Shown in pieces: positions 19,696-28,559 of a stretch of DNA of 64,000 nt. The stretch lies in contig JAITCU010000020.1 in the NCBI GenBank assembly GCA_031282835.1, forward strand, positions 15,805-79,804, given 5' to 3'. This DNA is from Puniceicoccales bacterium (GTDB lineage Bacteria; Verrucomicrobiota; Verrucomicrobiia; Opitutales; JAIRLM01). Position 1 is the first letter of the stretch; each line of letters opens with the position of its first letter. A program made the translations under genes and the position numbers. The notes under the pieces were generated by a model. That model did not search any database and was not told the origin of the DNA. It saw only the letters and a program-made list of their open reading frames with translations.

Positions 19696-20027
19696 TCGTA
19701 CAGATGTGGTATTCCAGTCTCCACCATGCCAGCCCAATCCTGCCTCATTGAAGTTAAACACGACTCCATCTCTTGTCGTTGTCGATCAATCGTCATTGGG
19801 TGGCACGCTCGCATGACGACCCATCCAATAATTATCCCCGTATCAGAATTGCTCATAGGGCATACCGAAAATCCCGAATCACATCTGAGCGTCCTTACAC
19901 GTTCCATGAGATCTGAATAGCAGTCGTCACTTGCGTCACACATCAAAATGTAGCGAATAATTCCATCACTGGCATATTTGCTAGCTAAACAATATTCATA
20001 TTGCGAACGTGGAAAACCAACACCCAT
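19629..20027 (-). CDS. hypothetical small Cys-rich protein
   Basis: 132-aa ORF in a visibly A/T-richer stretch. Weak resemblance to the neighbouring 119-aa ORF (QYEYCLASKYASDGIIRYIL vs EFEYNCISFCRPEDGTTIWLL). Its 3' end overlaps alaS convergently. Confidence 0.35.
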   Translation of the reverse strand: MGVGFPRSQYEYCLASKYASDGIIRYILMCDASDDCYSDLMERVRTLRCDSGFSVCPMSNSDTGIIIGWVVMRACHPMTIDRQRQEMESCLTSMRQDWAGMVETGIPHLYDYNDARIGVLIPRFHFRVEETS

Positions 20028-20086
20028 AGGCAGTCAATCAGACGAAGTCAGGCAAAAACGCAAGTAAATTTTTTTTAACAAAACGC

Positions 20087-20446
20087 TCATCCGTTAACTC
20101 GCTCTATTTCTACAAACCGCGCCTTGCACGCCAGTGGGAACCCTTCTACCGCCCCTATGAAAGCACTCAAAGATTTACAATGTAATTCGGATTGCATAGG
20201 ATGAAACTCCCTAGAAAGAAGCCATATAGTAGTTCCATCCTCTGGACGGCAAAACGATATACAGTTATATTCAAATTCTGTAGCAATACCATTTAGCGCC
20301 TCTGCTATCGACACGCACGCAGGAGTATCTGGCACGCATGTTGCACAGACAGCATAGCCCACACCGCGGGGACTTTCCGCGGAATTGAATTTTACCAAAT
20401 GCTCCATTGTCCGAGTGGAGCGAGATTTAAGCGTGCATGCAAGCAT
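20087..20446 (-). CDS. hypothetical small protein
   Basis: 119-aa ORF (possibly starting at MEHLVKF, 20407). Same strand as sctSTU and downstream of it. No motif recognised. Confidence 0.4.
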   Translation of the reverse strand: MLACTLKSRSTRTMEHLVKFNSAESPRGVGYAVCATCVPDTPACVSIAEALNGIATEFEYNCISFCRPEDGTTIWLLSREFHPMQSELHCKSLSAFIGAVEGFPLACKARFVEIERVNG

Positions 20447-20670
20447 TTTTTTTGAACCCGGACGCCCCCTATTTCTTTTCCGCTGACCTTGTGGGCCATA
20501 TCGACCGCGGTGTTATTTCTAAGGTCCATGTCCGTACGGTCTCTTTCAGAGTTATACCAGCGATGGATAACGAATCCGTGCGATTGCCGTGACAAATTTT
20601 CACTCCGCCTGCATATTTCGTCTTGACTTTCAATCGAAAATTCCCATAAAAAAACGCAGTTCTTTGACAT
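20392..20670 (-). CDS. hypothetical 92-aa protein downstream of repeat copy 1
   Basis: MSKNCVFLWEFSIESQDEICRRSEN... has a protein-like composition. The homologous position in repeat copy 2 lacks the ATG and has an in-frame stop. Confidence 0.35.
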   Translation of the reverse strand: MSKNCVFLWEFSIESQDEICRRSENLSRQSHGFVIHRWYNSERDRTDMDLRNNTAVDMAHKVSGKEIGGVRVQKKCLHARLNLAPLGQWSIW

Positions 20671-21160
20671 TTTTCTAAGATTTGTGAAGCATTACAGACA
20701 TCGACCTGCCGTTTGGTCCTTTCGCCGAGCATGGTACTCGCACCTGAAAATGGTGCGACCGGCCGTGGGCGAGAACAAACTAATGGTGGGAAAGTTGCTG
20801 CGGTGGTATAGCAAGTGGCAGAAAAAATTTTATTCGTATACCGTAAGATCTGCGTATTCATTGCGTTGTGATATGGGAGCAGGTGTAAGAGTCGATTTTA
20901 AAGCATTCCGACTTCTGCAAAAGCTCCCCTGTCTCGACGCTCAAACGAGCATTCCTATGCAAGCATGCGATTCTTTGATAGACTTCTAACGCTTGTGAAA
21001 TGGTGCAGATTTCGACTTGTCTCTCGGTCCTTTCGCCGAGCATGGTACTCGCGTCTGAAAATGATGCGACCGGCCATGGGCGAGAACAAACCATTGATGA
21101 GAGGATTTTGCAATGGAAAGCAAGTAGCAGAAAAAATTTTATTCATATGCCGTAATGTCT
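20640..21160. repeat. tandem duplication, period 311 bp, with a ~150-bp highly conserved core
   Basis: 20697-20855 and 21008-21160 align by eye with few substitutions (GGTCCTTTCGCCGAGCATGGTACTCGC...GCGACCGGCC.TGGGCGAGAACAAAC...GCAGAAAAAATTTTATTC). Each core contains a 7-bp stem-loop, at 20738-20758 and 21049-21069. Confidence 0.75.
20862..20981 (-). pseudogene. decayed duplicate of the 92-aa ORF
   Basis: At the position homologous to ATG 20670 the sequence reads CTA (20981-20979). The frame gives LSKNRMLA and then TAG at 20957-20955. Confidence 0.3.
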
Positions 21161-21316
21161 GAGCACCCGCTGCGTCATAACGTCCGGGCTTGTGTCTCTT
21201 TTGGCTCCGTGTCCAATTAAAAATTTACCGCATGATCGTCGCGAAAGAGCCAACGCCGTTGCCGCCGAAGCGCTACATAGGCTGGGGTTCGGGTATTTTC
21301 CGAAAAAGCAAGATGC

Positions 21317-22432
21317 CTATTCTTCCTCTTCCAAGTACATGCCGAGGTCTTCGCGGGCCATGTCGACTTCGATGTTGCTCTCGCCAGCCTCCTGCAAATC
21401 CGCCACCCAGCGCAAAACCTCGGCCACCGCCTCAAGGAGCTGGGACGGAACATACTCCATCGCGTCCGCCGAGTCCATTAGCGCATGGGCCAGGGGGACG
21501 TTGCGCATGATGGGAATGCCTTCCGCGCGGGCAATGGCTATCATTTCCGCGGCGAGGATACCCTCGCCCATAGCCAACACGACGGGCAGTAGGGTAAGTT
21601 CCTCCTCGTAGAGTATGGCGACGGCCAGATGTGTTGGATTGGTAATCAGCGCCGAGGAACGCTTTGTGCGCTGGGCTGGACCCTCGTTCATCATTTCCTG
21701 GTGGATTTGCTTGCGTTTGCTTTTGATTTCCGGGGAGCCCTCCATTTCCTTATATTCGCGCTTAATTTCACTCTTGGACATCATCATCTTTTTGTTGAAG
21801 TCACGACGTTGGAAGAAGATATCCGCGACGGCGACCACCATATAGGCAAAGATGACCAGAGACGCGAATTTCTTCATCACCGGGCCAATAAACGCTATCA
21901 GACCCGACACCCCCGAGTAGGGCAGCAGGATCATCTCATCCAGCTGCGATTTGATAAGCCGGTAGATTAGGATACCCAGGAAGGTCACCTTTAAAACAGA
22001 TTTGAGAAATTCGAAGATATTTTTCTTCGAAAAGATCTGTTTAAATTTCTCTATGGGGTTGAGCTTTTTAATGTCAGGTTTAATGGGTTCGGTCGTGAAA
22101 ATGGCTCCCACCTGCATGAATCCAGCGGCAATGGCAAAAGCGGCCACAATCCCCAGTATGGGAAGGAGCAGGTCGACCAGTTCCGCAAAGCAGGCGGATA
22201 TAACCGCGCTCAGCCCCTGGCGGAACGGAGCACCGAAAAAGGGCACGGGGAGAACCAAAAATTCCTGAAGCTCGTCCACCGCCGTCCACCATTTCAGGCC
22301 GATGTAGGCAAATACGCCGATGAGCAAGACCGTGGACGTGAAATCCTTACTGTAGGCGACTTGTCCCTTTTTCTTTGCATCACGCAACCGCTTGGGTGTC
22401 GGCTGTTCTGTTTTTTCCTCGCCCTCTCCCAT
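21317..22432 (-). CDS. sctU: type III secretion export-apparatus switch protein SctU (YscU/FlhB family)
   Basis: 371 aa with four N-terminal TMs, the NPTH autocleavage motif (ALITNPTHLAVAI) and PIMRNVPLAHAL. Confidence 0.9.
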   Translation of the reverse strand: MGEGEEKTEQPTPKRLRDAKKKGQVAYSKDFTSTVLLIGVFAYIGLKWWTAVDELQEFLVLPVPFFGAPFRQGLSAVISACFAELVDLLLPILGIVAAFAIAAGFMQVGAIFTTEPIKPDIKKLNPIEKFKQIFSKKNIFEFLKSVLKVTFLGILIYRLIKSQLDEMILLPYSGVSGLIAFIGPVMKKFASLVIFAYMVVAVADIFFQRRDFNKKMMMSKSEIKREYKEMEGSPEIKSKRKQIHQEMMNEGPAQRTKRSSALITNPTHLAVAILYEEELTLLPVVLAMGEGILAAEMIAIARAEGIPIMRNVPLAHALMDSADAMEYVPSQLLEAVAEVLRWVADLQEAGESNIEVDMAREDLGMYLEEEE

Positions 22433-22438
22433 GGCAAC

Positions 22439-23227
22439 CTATCTCCAAAAAATCCTCACGAACTGGAGGGCACGGCTTTCTCCGAAGAAATGGGATTTAA
22501 AAAATCCCATGAGAAATGACAAATAGAGAATGATAAATAACGACGAGAGACCACTTTTAATGCCCATGGACAGGAAAAACACGTTAAGCTGGGGCGCAAA
22601 ACGATTGACCATACCCAAGCCGAATTCGGCAAGGAATAGGGCAAACAGAATCGGACCCACGAGAGCGAAAACGACATTGGCGTAATCGCTCGTCAATTGT
22701 ACGAAAAACGCCGCAACACCGCCGTCGAACATGGGAAATAGCGAAAACAGCGGCCACAGCCGATAGCTTTCGTAGAGGAGCTGCAGCAGAAAAAGAAATC
22801 CGCCGGTGATGAAAAAGAGCAGGAGGACGATTTGGACGAAAAAATCTGCCATCACCGTCGTTTGGCTCTCATTAAAGGCGCTGAACAGGGAAGCGGATGA
22901 GGCACCCCGCTGTACATCGATGAGATTCCCCACACCCTCCACGACGAAAAAAATAAAACTGGCCAAAAAACCGAGGACAAGCCCGATGAGCAGTTCCTTG
23001 GTGCAAAGCATGATGATCAGTCCCAGGCTGATGTCAGGGTTAATAAATTCCTTGTGGAGAACTGGATAAATAAAAAGCGTCAAGCCCAAAATCCATGCGT
23101 TGCGCCCCATGCCCATCACATTTTTTTTTCCGAAAAACGGAATGACCGAAAACATCGCTGCCGTGCGCACGATGCCCATGATCATCACAAAAAAGAAGCT
23201 GCGGAATATGAAGAGGAACGAAGGCAT
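22439..23227 (-). CDS. sctT: type III secretion export-apparatus protein SctT (YscT/FliR family)
   Basis: 262-aa polytopic membrane protein located between sctS and sctU, with FliR-like hydrophobic periodicity. Confidence 0.8.
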   Translation of the reverse strand: MPSFLFIFRSFFFVMIMGIVRTAAMFSVIPFFGKKNVMGMGRNAWILGLTLFIYPVLHKEFINPDISLGLIIMLCTKELLIGLVLGFLASFIFFVVEGVGNLIDVQRGASSASLFSAFNESQTTVMADFFVQIVLLLFFITGGFLFLLQLLYESYRLWPLFSLFPMFDGGVAAFFVQLTSDYANVVFALVGPILFALFLAEFGLGMVNRFAPQLNVFFLSMGIKSGLSSLFIILYLSFLMGFFKSHFFGESRALQFVRIFWR

Positions 23228-23248
23228 GGCGTATTCCCAGGGCTAGGG

Positions 23249-23518
23249 CTAGTGAAGTAAGGTCGGAAAATAGGCGAACAGGTAGCGGGTGAATTGCATC
23301 ACCTCCGATCCGATCCACCGGGCGGTGATCAGCAACACCACGACAACGGAAATGAGTTTCATCGTAAATCCCAGGGTTTGTTCCTGAATTTGTGTAAGTG
23401 CCTGCAGGAGGCTCACGATAAGTCCCACGCCCGTGGCCACCAAAATGGATGGCAACGACAAAATGAGCACCAAAATCATGGCGCGTATGCTAAAGTCTAG
23501 GACGATGCTGTTTTCCAT
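23249..23518 (-). CDS. sctS: type III secretion export-apparatus protein SctS (YscS/FliQ family)
   Basis: 89 aa: MENSIVLDFSIRAMILVLILSLPSILVATGVGLIVSLLQALTQIQEQTLGFTMKLISVVVVLL (the FliQ signature QA.TQIQEQTL). This is the C-terminal part of a spurious 594-aa ORF-track entry. Confidence 0.85.
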   Translation of the reverse strand: MENSIVLDFSIRAMILVLILSLPSILVATGVGLIVSLLQALTQIQEQTLGFTMKLISVVVVLLITARWIGSEVMQFTRYLFAYFPTLLH

Positions 23519-23659
23519 GGAACAATCCCCGCGTCGAGTGTTGGGAAAAAACGCCATACCGCAACTCTTTTGGAAGCGGATGGGCACAAATATTGGGCTA
23601 GTGGCGAAGTCGGCCATTTCCACTTGACGCTGCCGGGATACTACCGATTCATGGTCGCC

Positions 23660-24940
23660 ATGCTGGATCTCAAATCCCTGCGCGAGCACGGCGAAGAAGT
23701 CAAACTTGCCCTGCGGAAGAAGAAATTTTCCTGCGATATTGACGCATTTTTGGCGGTGGATGCGCTGCGCCGGGAGCGGATTTCGCGGGCAGAGTTGGCG
23801 CGGGCGGAATTGAAAAAAGCAAGCGACCAATTGGCGAAATCTTCGGGCGCGGGGGAAGACATTGGAAATTTGCGCGCCGCGTTGAAGGAACAATCCGTCC
23901 ATGCCAAGGAATTGGCTGATGCGGTTCAAACCCTTGAAGGAGAATGGCAAAGGCTTTATCTGTCCATCCCAAACGTGCCCCACGAAAGTGTTCCCGAGGG
24001 AAAAACGGAAGGAGATAATGTTACCATTTCCTTCTGGGGTGATGTGAATGCCGTTTCGCCGCACGCCATGCCGCACTATGACATCCCAGGGTTTGCAAAT
24101 GGATTGGATTTTGCCCGGGGGGTGAAGGTGGCCGGTGCCGGGTTTCCCTTTTACATCGGCGACATGGCCCGGTTGGTACGGGCGCTGGTTCAATTTTTTC
24201 TTTCCGAGGCCGAGGCCAATGGTTACGTGGAGTTCTTGCCGCCGATCCTGATCAACGGAGCGAGTGCGACCGCAACGGGCCAGCTCCCGGATAAGGAGGG
24301 CATGATGTATGAAATGCCCGCGGACGGGTTCTATGCTGTTCCCACGGCCGAGATTCCTGTGACCAATTTTTTTCGCGATGAAGTTTTCAGCGAGGCCGAT
24401 TTGCCCATCCGCCGCTGTGCCCACACGCCGTGCTTTCGCCGGGAGGCGGGTAGCTGGGGAAAAGACGTGCGCGGGCTCAACCGATTGCACCAGTTCGACA
24501 AGGTTGAGTTGGTCAAATGGGTTCACCCCTCCCGGAGTTTGGACGAATTGGAACTCCTGCGCGGGAATGCGGAGGGTCTGCTCCAGAAATTGGAGATTCC
24601 CTACCGCGTGCTCGCCATTTGTGCCGGTGATATGGGGTTTCCGCATTCCAAACAGTACGATTTGGAGGTTTGGTCCGGCGGGCAGAGGCGTTGGCTGGAG
24701 GTGTCCAGTTGTAGCAGCTTTACTGATTTTCAGGCACGCCGGGCCAATATCCGCTTCCGCCCAGCTGATGGGTCGGGGCTTCAATTTGTCCACACCCTCA
24801 ACGGCTCCGGGTTGGCGATTCCGCGAGTGTTGGCAGCCATTTTGGAAAATAACCTGCAGGAAGACGGGTCCATACGCGTGCCTTCTGTGCTCCACCGCTT
24901 CTTTGGGAAGGAAGTGGCGAAATTTTCCACGACGGTGTGA
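23660..24940 (+). CDS. serS: serine--tRNA ligase
   Basis: Start moved to MLDLKSLREHGEEV (23660). Class II motifs FRREAGS and GSGLAIPRVLAAILEN. Confidence 0.95.
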   Translation: MLDLKSLREHGEEVKLALRKKKFSCDIDAFLAVDALRRERISRAELARAELKKASDQLAKSSGAGEDIGNLRAALKEQSVHAKELADAVQTLEGEWQRLYLSIPNVPHESVPEGKTEGDNVTISFWGDVNAVSPHAMPHYDIPGFANGLDFARGVKVAGAGFPFYIGDMARLVRALVQFFLSEAEANGYVEFLPPILINGASATATGQLPDKEGMMYEMPADGFYAVPTAEIPVTNFFRDEVFSEADLPIRRCAHTPCFRREAGSWGKDVRGLNRLHQFDKVELVKWVHPSRSLDELELLRGNAEGLLQKLEIPYRVLAICAGDMGFPHSKQYDLEVWSGGQRRWLEVSSCSSFTDFQARRANIRFRPADGSGLQFVHTLNGSGLAIPRVLAAILENNLQEDGSIRVPSVLHRFFGKEVAKFSTTV

Positions 24941-24965
24941 GGGCCTGGGGATGTACGCTAGGCTG

Positions 24966-25115
24966 CTACCGAAATATGAATTTTTTAAAGATGTAAAATT
25001 TGTCATTAACATATGGTTGGGTCCAGTGAACATTAATACTGATTTGAATAATACCAGAGATACTAGCTGGGAGCTTTCCTGCGCGTGACATCATAATTGG
25101 AAGGTTCAATGCCAT
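24966..25115 (-). pseudogene. 49-codon relic of a giant-gene-like 5' end (cassette C2)
   Basis: Starts with ATGGCATTG at the same place relative to the conserved leader as the giant ORF (ATGGCGCCA). GGTATTATTCAAATCA...CCAACC resembles GGCATCTTCAAATCA...CCAACC at codons 36-50 of the giant gene. It stops after 49 codons, next to the serS 3' end. Confidence 0.35.
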
Positions 25116-25218
25116 TGTTGTTTCTGGCAACTTTACCGGAGTAACAATATGGCCTTTGTTCTTTGTTAATTGATTTCCATGCATTCTTTGATCGGCTGAG
25201 CCAGCTTGTTTTTTTTAT
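25116..25218 (-). promoter_or_regulatory. conserved leader, cassette C2
   Basis: Blocks AAAACAAGCTGGCT and AATGCATGGAAATCAATTAACAAA are shared with the leaders at 32885-33007 and 56173-56284. Confidence 0.4.
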
Positions 25219-25413
25219 TTATGGTGATATTTCCCAAGTGGTTTTTGTGGCTGGCAGCGGGCTAGCCCGTTCTAAAAACGCAGGAAATTCTCGTGCAGAC
25301 GAGGGTTCCAGTTTGAAGCCAGGTGTCAGTCCTGGGGTTAGGGACGTTTGCAGTCCCCAATCGTCATAAAAAATATCTGCCTCGAACGCGGCGGTAACGG
25401 TGGTGCTTTTCAT
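25219..25413 (-). CDS. cassette small protein, 64 aa (C2)
   Basis: MKSTTVTAAFEADIFYDDWGLQTSLTPGLTPGFKLEPSSAREFPAFLERASPLPATKTTWEISP. SD AAAGGAGAA upstream. It aligns full-length with the 61-aa C3 ORF, with an in-frame 9-nt indel, the same stop and several third-position-only differences. Confidence 0.5.
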   Translation of the reverse strand: MKSTTVTAAFEADIFYDDWGLQTSLTPGLTPGFKLEPSSAREFPAFLERASPLPATKTTWEISP

Positions 25414-25477
25414 ATTGAATTTTCTCCTTTGAACTCGAATTCGCAGGTTATATTGTTGGCAAGCGGGTGTTTGTCAA
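25414..25477 (-). promoter_or_regulatory. cassette C2 promoter/operator
   Basis: TTGACA(25477-25472), 19 nt, TATAAC, CTGC, GAATTCGAGTTC (25442-25431), AAAGGAGAAAATTCAAT, then ATG at 25413. Confidence 0.55.
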
Positions 25478-25533
25478 GCCAACTTGTAAAAAAAATGCGA
25501 AGGCCCACGAAAAATCCCTATTCACGCGGTGCC

Positions 25534-26169
25534 CTAGTTCGCCAGCGCTTGAATGGCCTTGCAAATTGTGCAACGGGTGCCGTCACATGCGCGCGCCGTG
25601 CAGTCCGTACGCCCATAGGCAATCATTCGTTGGTGAAGGGGGAACCATTTTTCGGGGGAAAAAATTTGCTTAAGATCCCTTTCAACGGCGATGGGCGTGC
25701 GGCCATTGGAAAGTTGCCATCGCCGGGAAAGCCGGTACACGTGGGTGTCTACGGGAAACGTGGGACGGTCGGTACACAGGCCGAGTACCACTGACGTCGT
25801 TTTATGGCCGACACCCGGCAGGGACTCCAAGTCTTCAAAGGTCATTGGCACGGTGCCGTTCCACCGATTTATCAAAATTTTGGACAACGACGAAAGTGCC
25901 CGGGCCTTTTGGCGGAAAAATCCAACGCCATGGATGAGTTCTTCTAACCTCATCAGCGGGAGATCCGCCATTGATCGGGCATCGGGCGCGACGGCAAAGA
26001 GCGCGGGAGTCACTCGATTGACTTGGACGTCCGTACATCGCGCTGACAAAACCACCGCGACTAGCAGCTGGAACGGCGATTTGAAGTCCAAGAAACCGTC
26101 CACACGCGGGAATCGGGCGAAGAGCATGGACTCGACAACCGCACCACGCCTTAGGCGTAAATCGACCAC
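25534..26169 (-). CDS. nth: endonuclease III
   Basis: HhH-GPD motif LPGVGHKTTSVVL and a C-terminal Cys cluster CTARACDGTRCTIC. Confidence 0.9.
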   Translation of the reverse strand: MVDLRLRRGAVVESMLFARFPRVDGFLDFKSPFQLLVAVVLSARCTDVQVNRVTPALFAVAPDARSMADLPLMRLEELIHGVGFFRQKARALSSLSKILINRWNGTVPMTFEDLESLPGVGHKTTSVVLGLCTDRPTFPVDTHVYRLSRRWQLSNGRTPIAVERDLKQIFSPEKWFPLHQRMIAYGRTDCTARACDGTRCTICKAIQALAN

Positions 26170-26181
26170 GGTAATTGCTTT

Positions 26182-26436
26182 TCATCCACCCGTTCGCCGA
26201 CGGGAGAAGCGCTTTTCAAATTTTTCCACCCGCCCGGCGGTATCGACAAAGCGCTTGATACCCGTGTAGGCTGGATGGGAGGCGGAGGTGATGTCGCAGT
26301 TGATGACACCGTAGGTGACCCCGTCGATTTCCTTCGTCTCGCGGAACTTCGCCGTGGAAACCGTCAAAAATTCTTTTCCGCTGGAGACGTCCACGAAACA
26401 TACGGGGTTCGATGTCGGATGCTTTCCCTTTTTCAT
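26182..26436 (-). CDS. rpmE: 50S ribosomal protein L31, type B (no zinc-binding Cys pairs)
   Basis: MKKGKHPTSNPVCFVD...SHPAYTGIKRFVDTAGRVEKFEKRF, with SD AGGAGGAGG upstream. Confidence 0.9.
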   Translation of the reverse strand: MKKGKHPTSNPVCFVDVSSGKEFLTVSTAKFRETKEIDGVTYGVINCDITSASHPAYTGIKRFVDTAGRVEKFEKRFSRRRTGG

Positions 26437-26650
26437 AAAACCTCCTCCTATGCCTGCTTGGCCTTGAACCGCGGGGCAACCTTATTAATGACGTACACCC
26501 GCCCCTTTCGCCGTACCACCTTACACGCGGGATGCCGGGACTTCAATGAACTCAACGACGCTGCAACCTTCATGACTGGCTCCACGCTGTACCACTGGCG
26601 GTGGATGTCAAGGCGTCCTTGGCAAGGATCTTGATTTTTTGGCTGTGCTA

Positions 26651-26747
26651 TAACAGAGGTCCTGCAAAAGTCGGAAACACTGTCTTAAGACCCGCATTTC
26701 ATGAGGGGCAAAATGGCCCAAAAGCGACTTCAGCAGGATCTCTAATG

Positions 26748-26750
<3 letters not shown>
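26651..26750 (+). repeat. ~97-bp palindromic element, copy A
   Basis: TAACAGAGGTCCTGCAAAAGTCGG...CGACTTCAGCAGGATCTCTAATGTTA: imperfect ~20-bp terminal inverted repeats around the internal hairpin CCCGCATTTCATGAGGGG. The right arm contains the stop codon of the Pro-rich gene on the other strand. Confidence 0.7.
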
Positions 26751-28382
<1,632 letters not shown>

Positions 28383-28559
28383 TGATGAGAAGTTTACTGA
28401 GATTTTTGTTTTGGCAACATAAAAATGCTCTGATGGGAAAATTTTGCTTAAAGATGCTTTATGGGTAGGATTTGGCGTTGGTTCATGTACGATGGAGAAA
28501 TGAATAATTTTTTATCGCAGGATTGATCGCAAACCTTAGGAGCTTCTCCGGGGACGGAG

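Noticed and set aside
23519-25033. A 594-aa minus-strand ORF from the ORF track (23249-25033).
   Set aside because: Only its last 89 codons (sctS) look real. The rest is antisense to serS, is Arg/Pro/Gly-rich, and has no motifs. It is a typical shadow ORF of a well-supported gene.
26701-26745. A 14-codon ORF inside the palindromic element (MRGKMAQKRLQQDL), also present in copy C (MRGKTAKKRLLQDL).
   Set aside because: Conservation is explained by nucleotide conservation of the repeat. Copy B lacks the stop at that position and there is no SD. It is most likely fortuitous.
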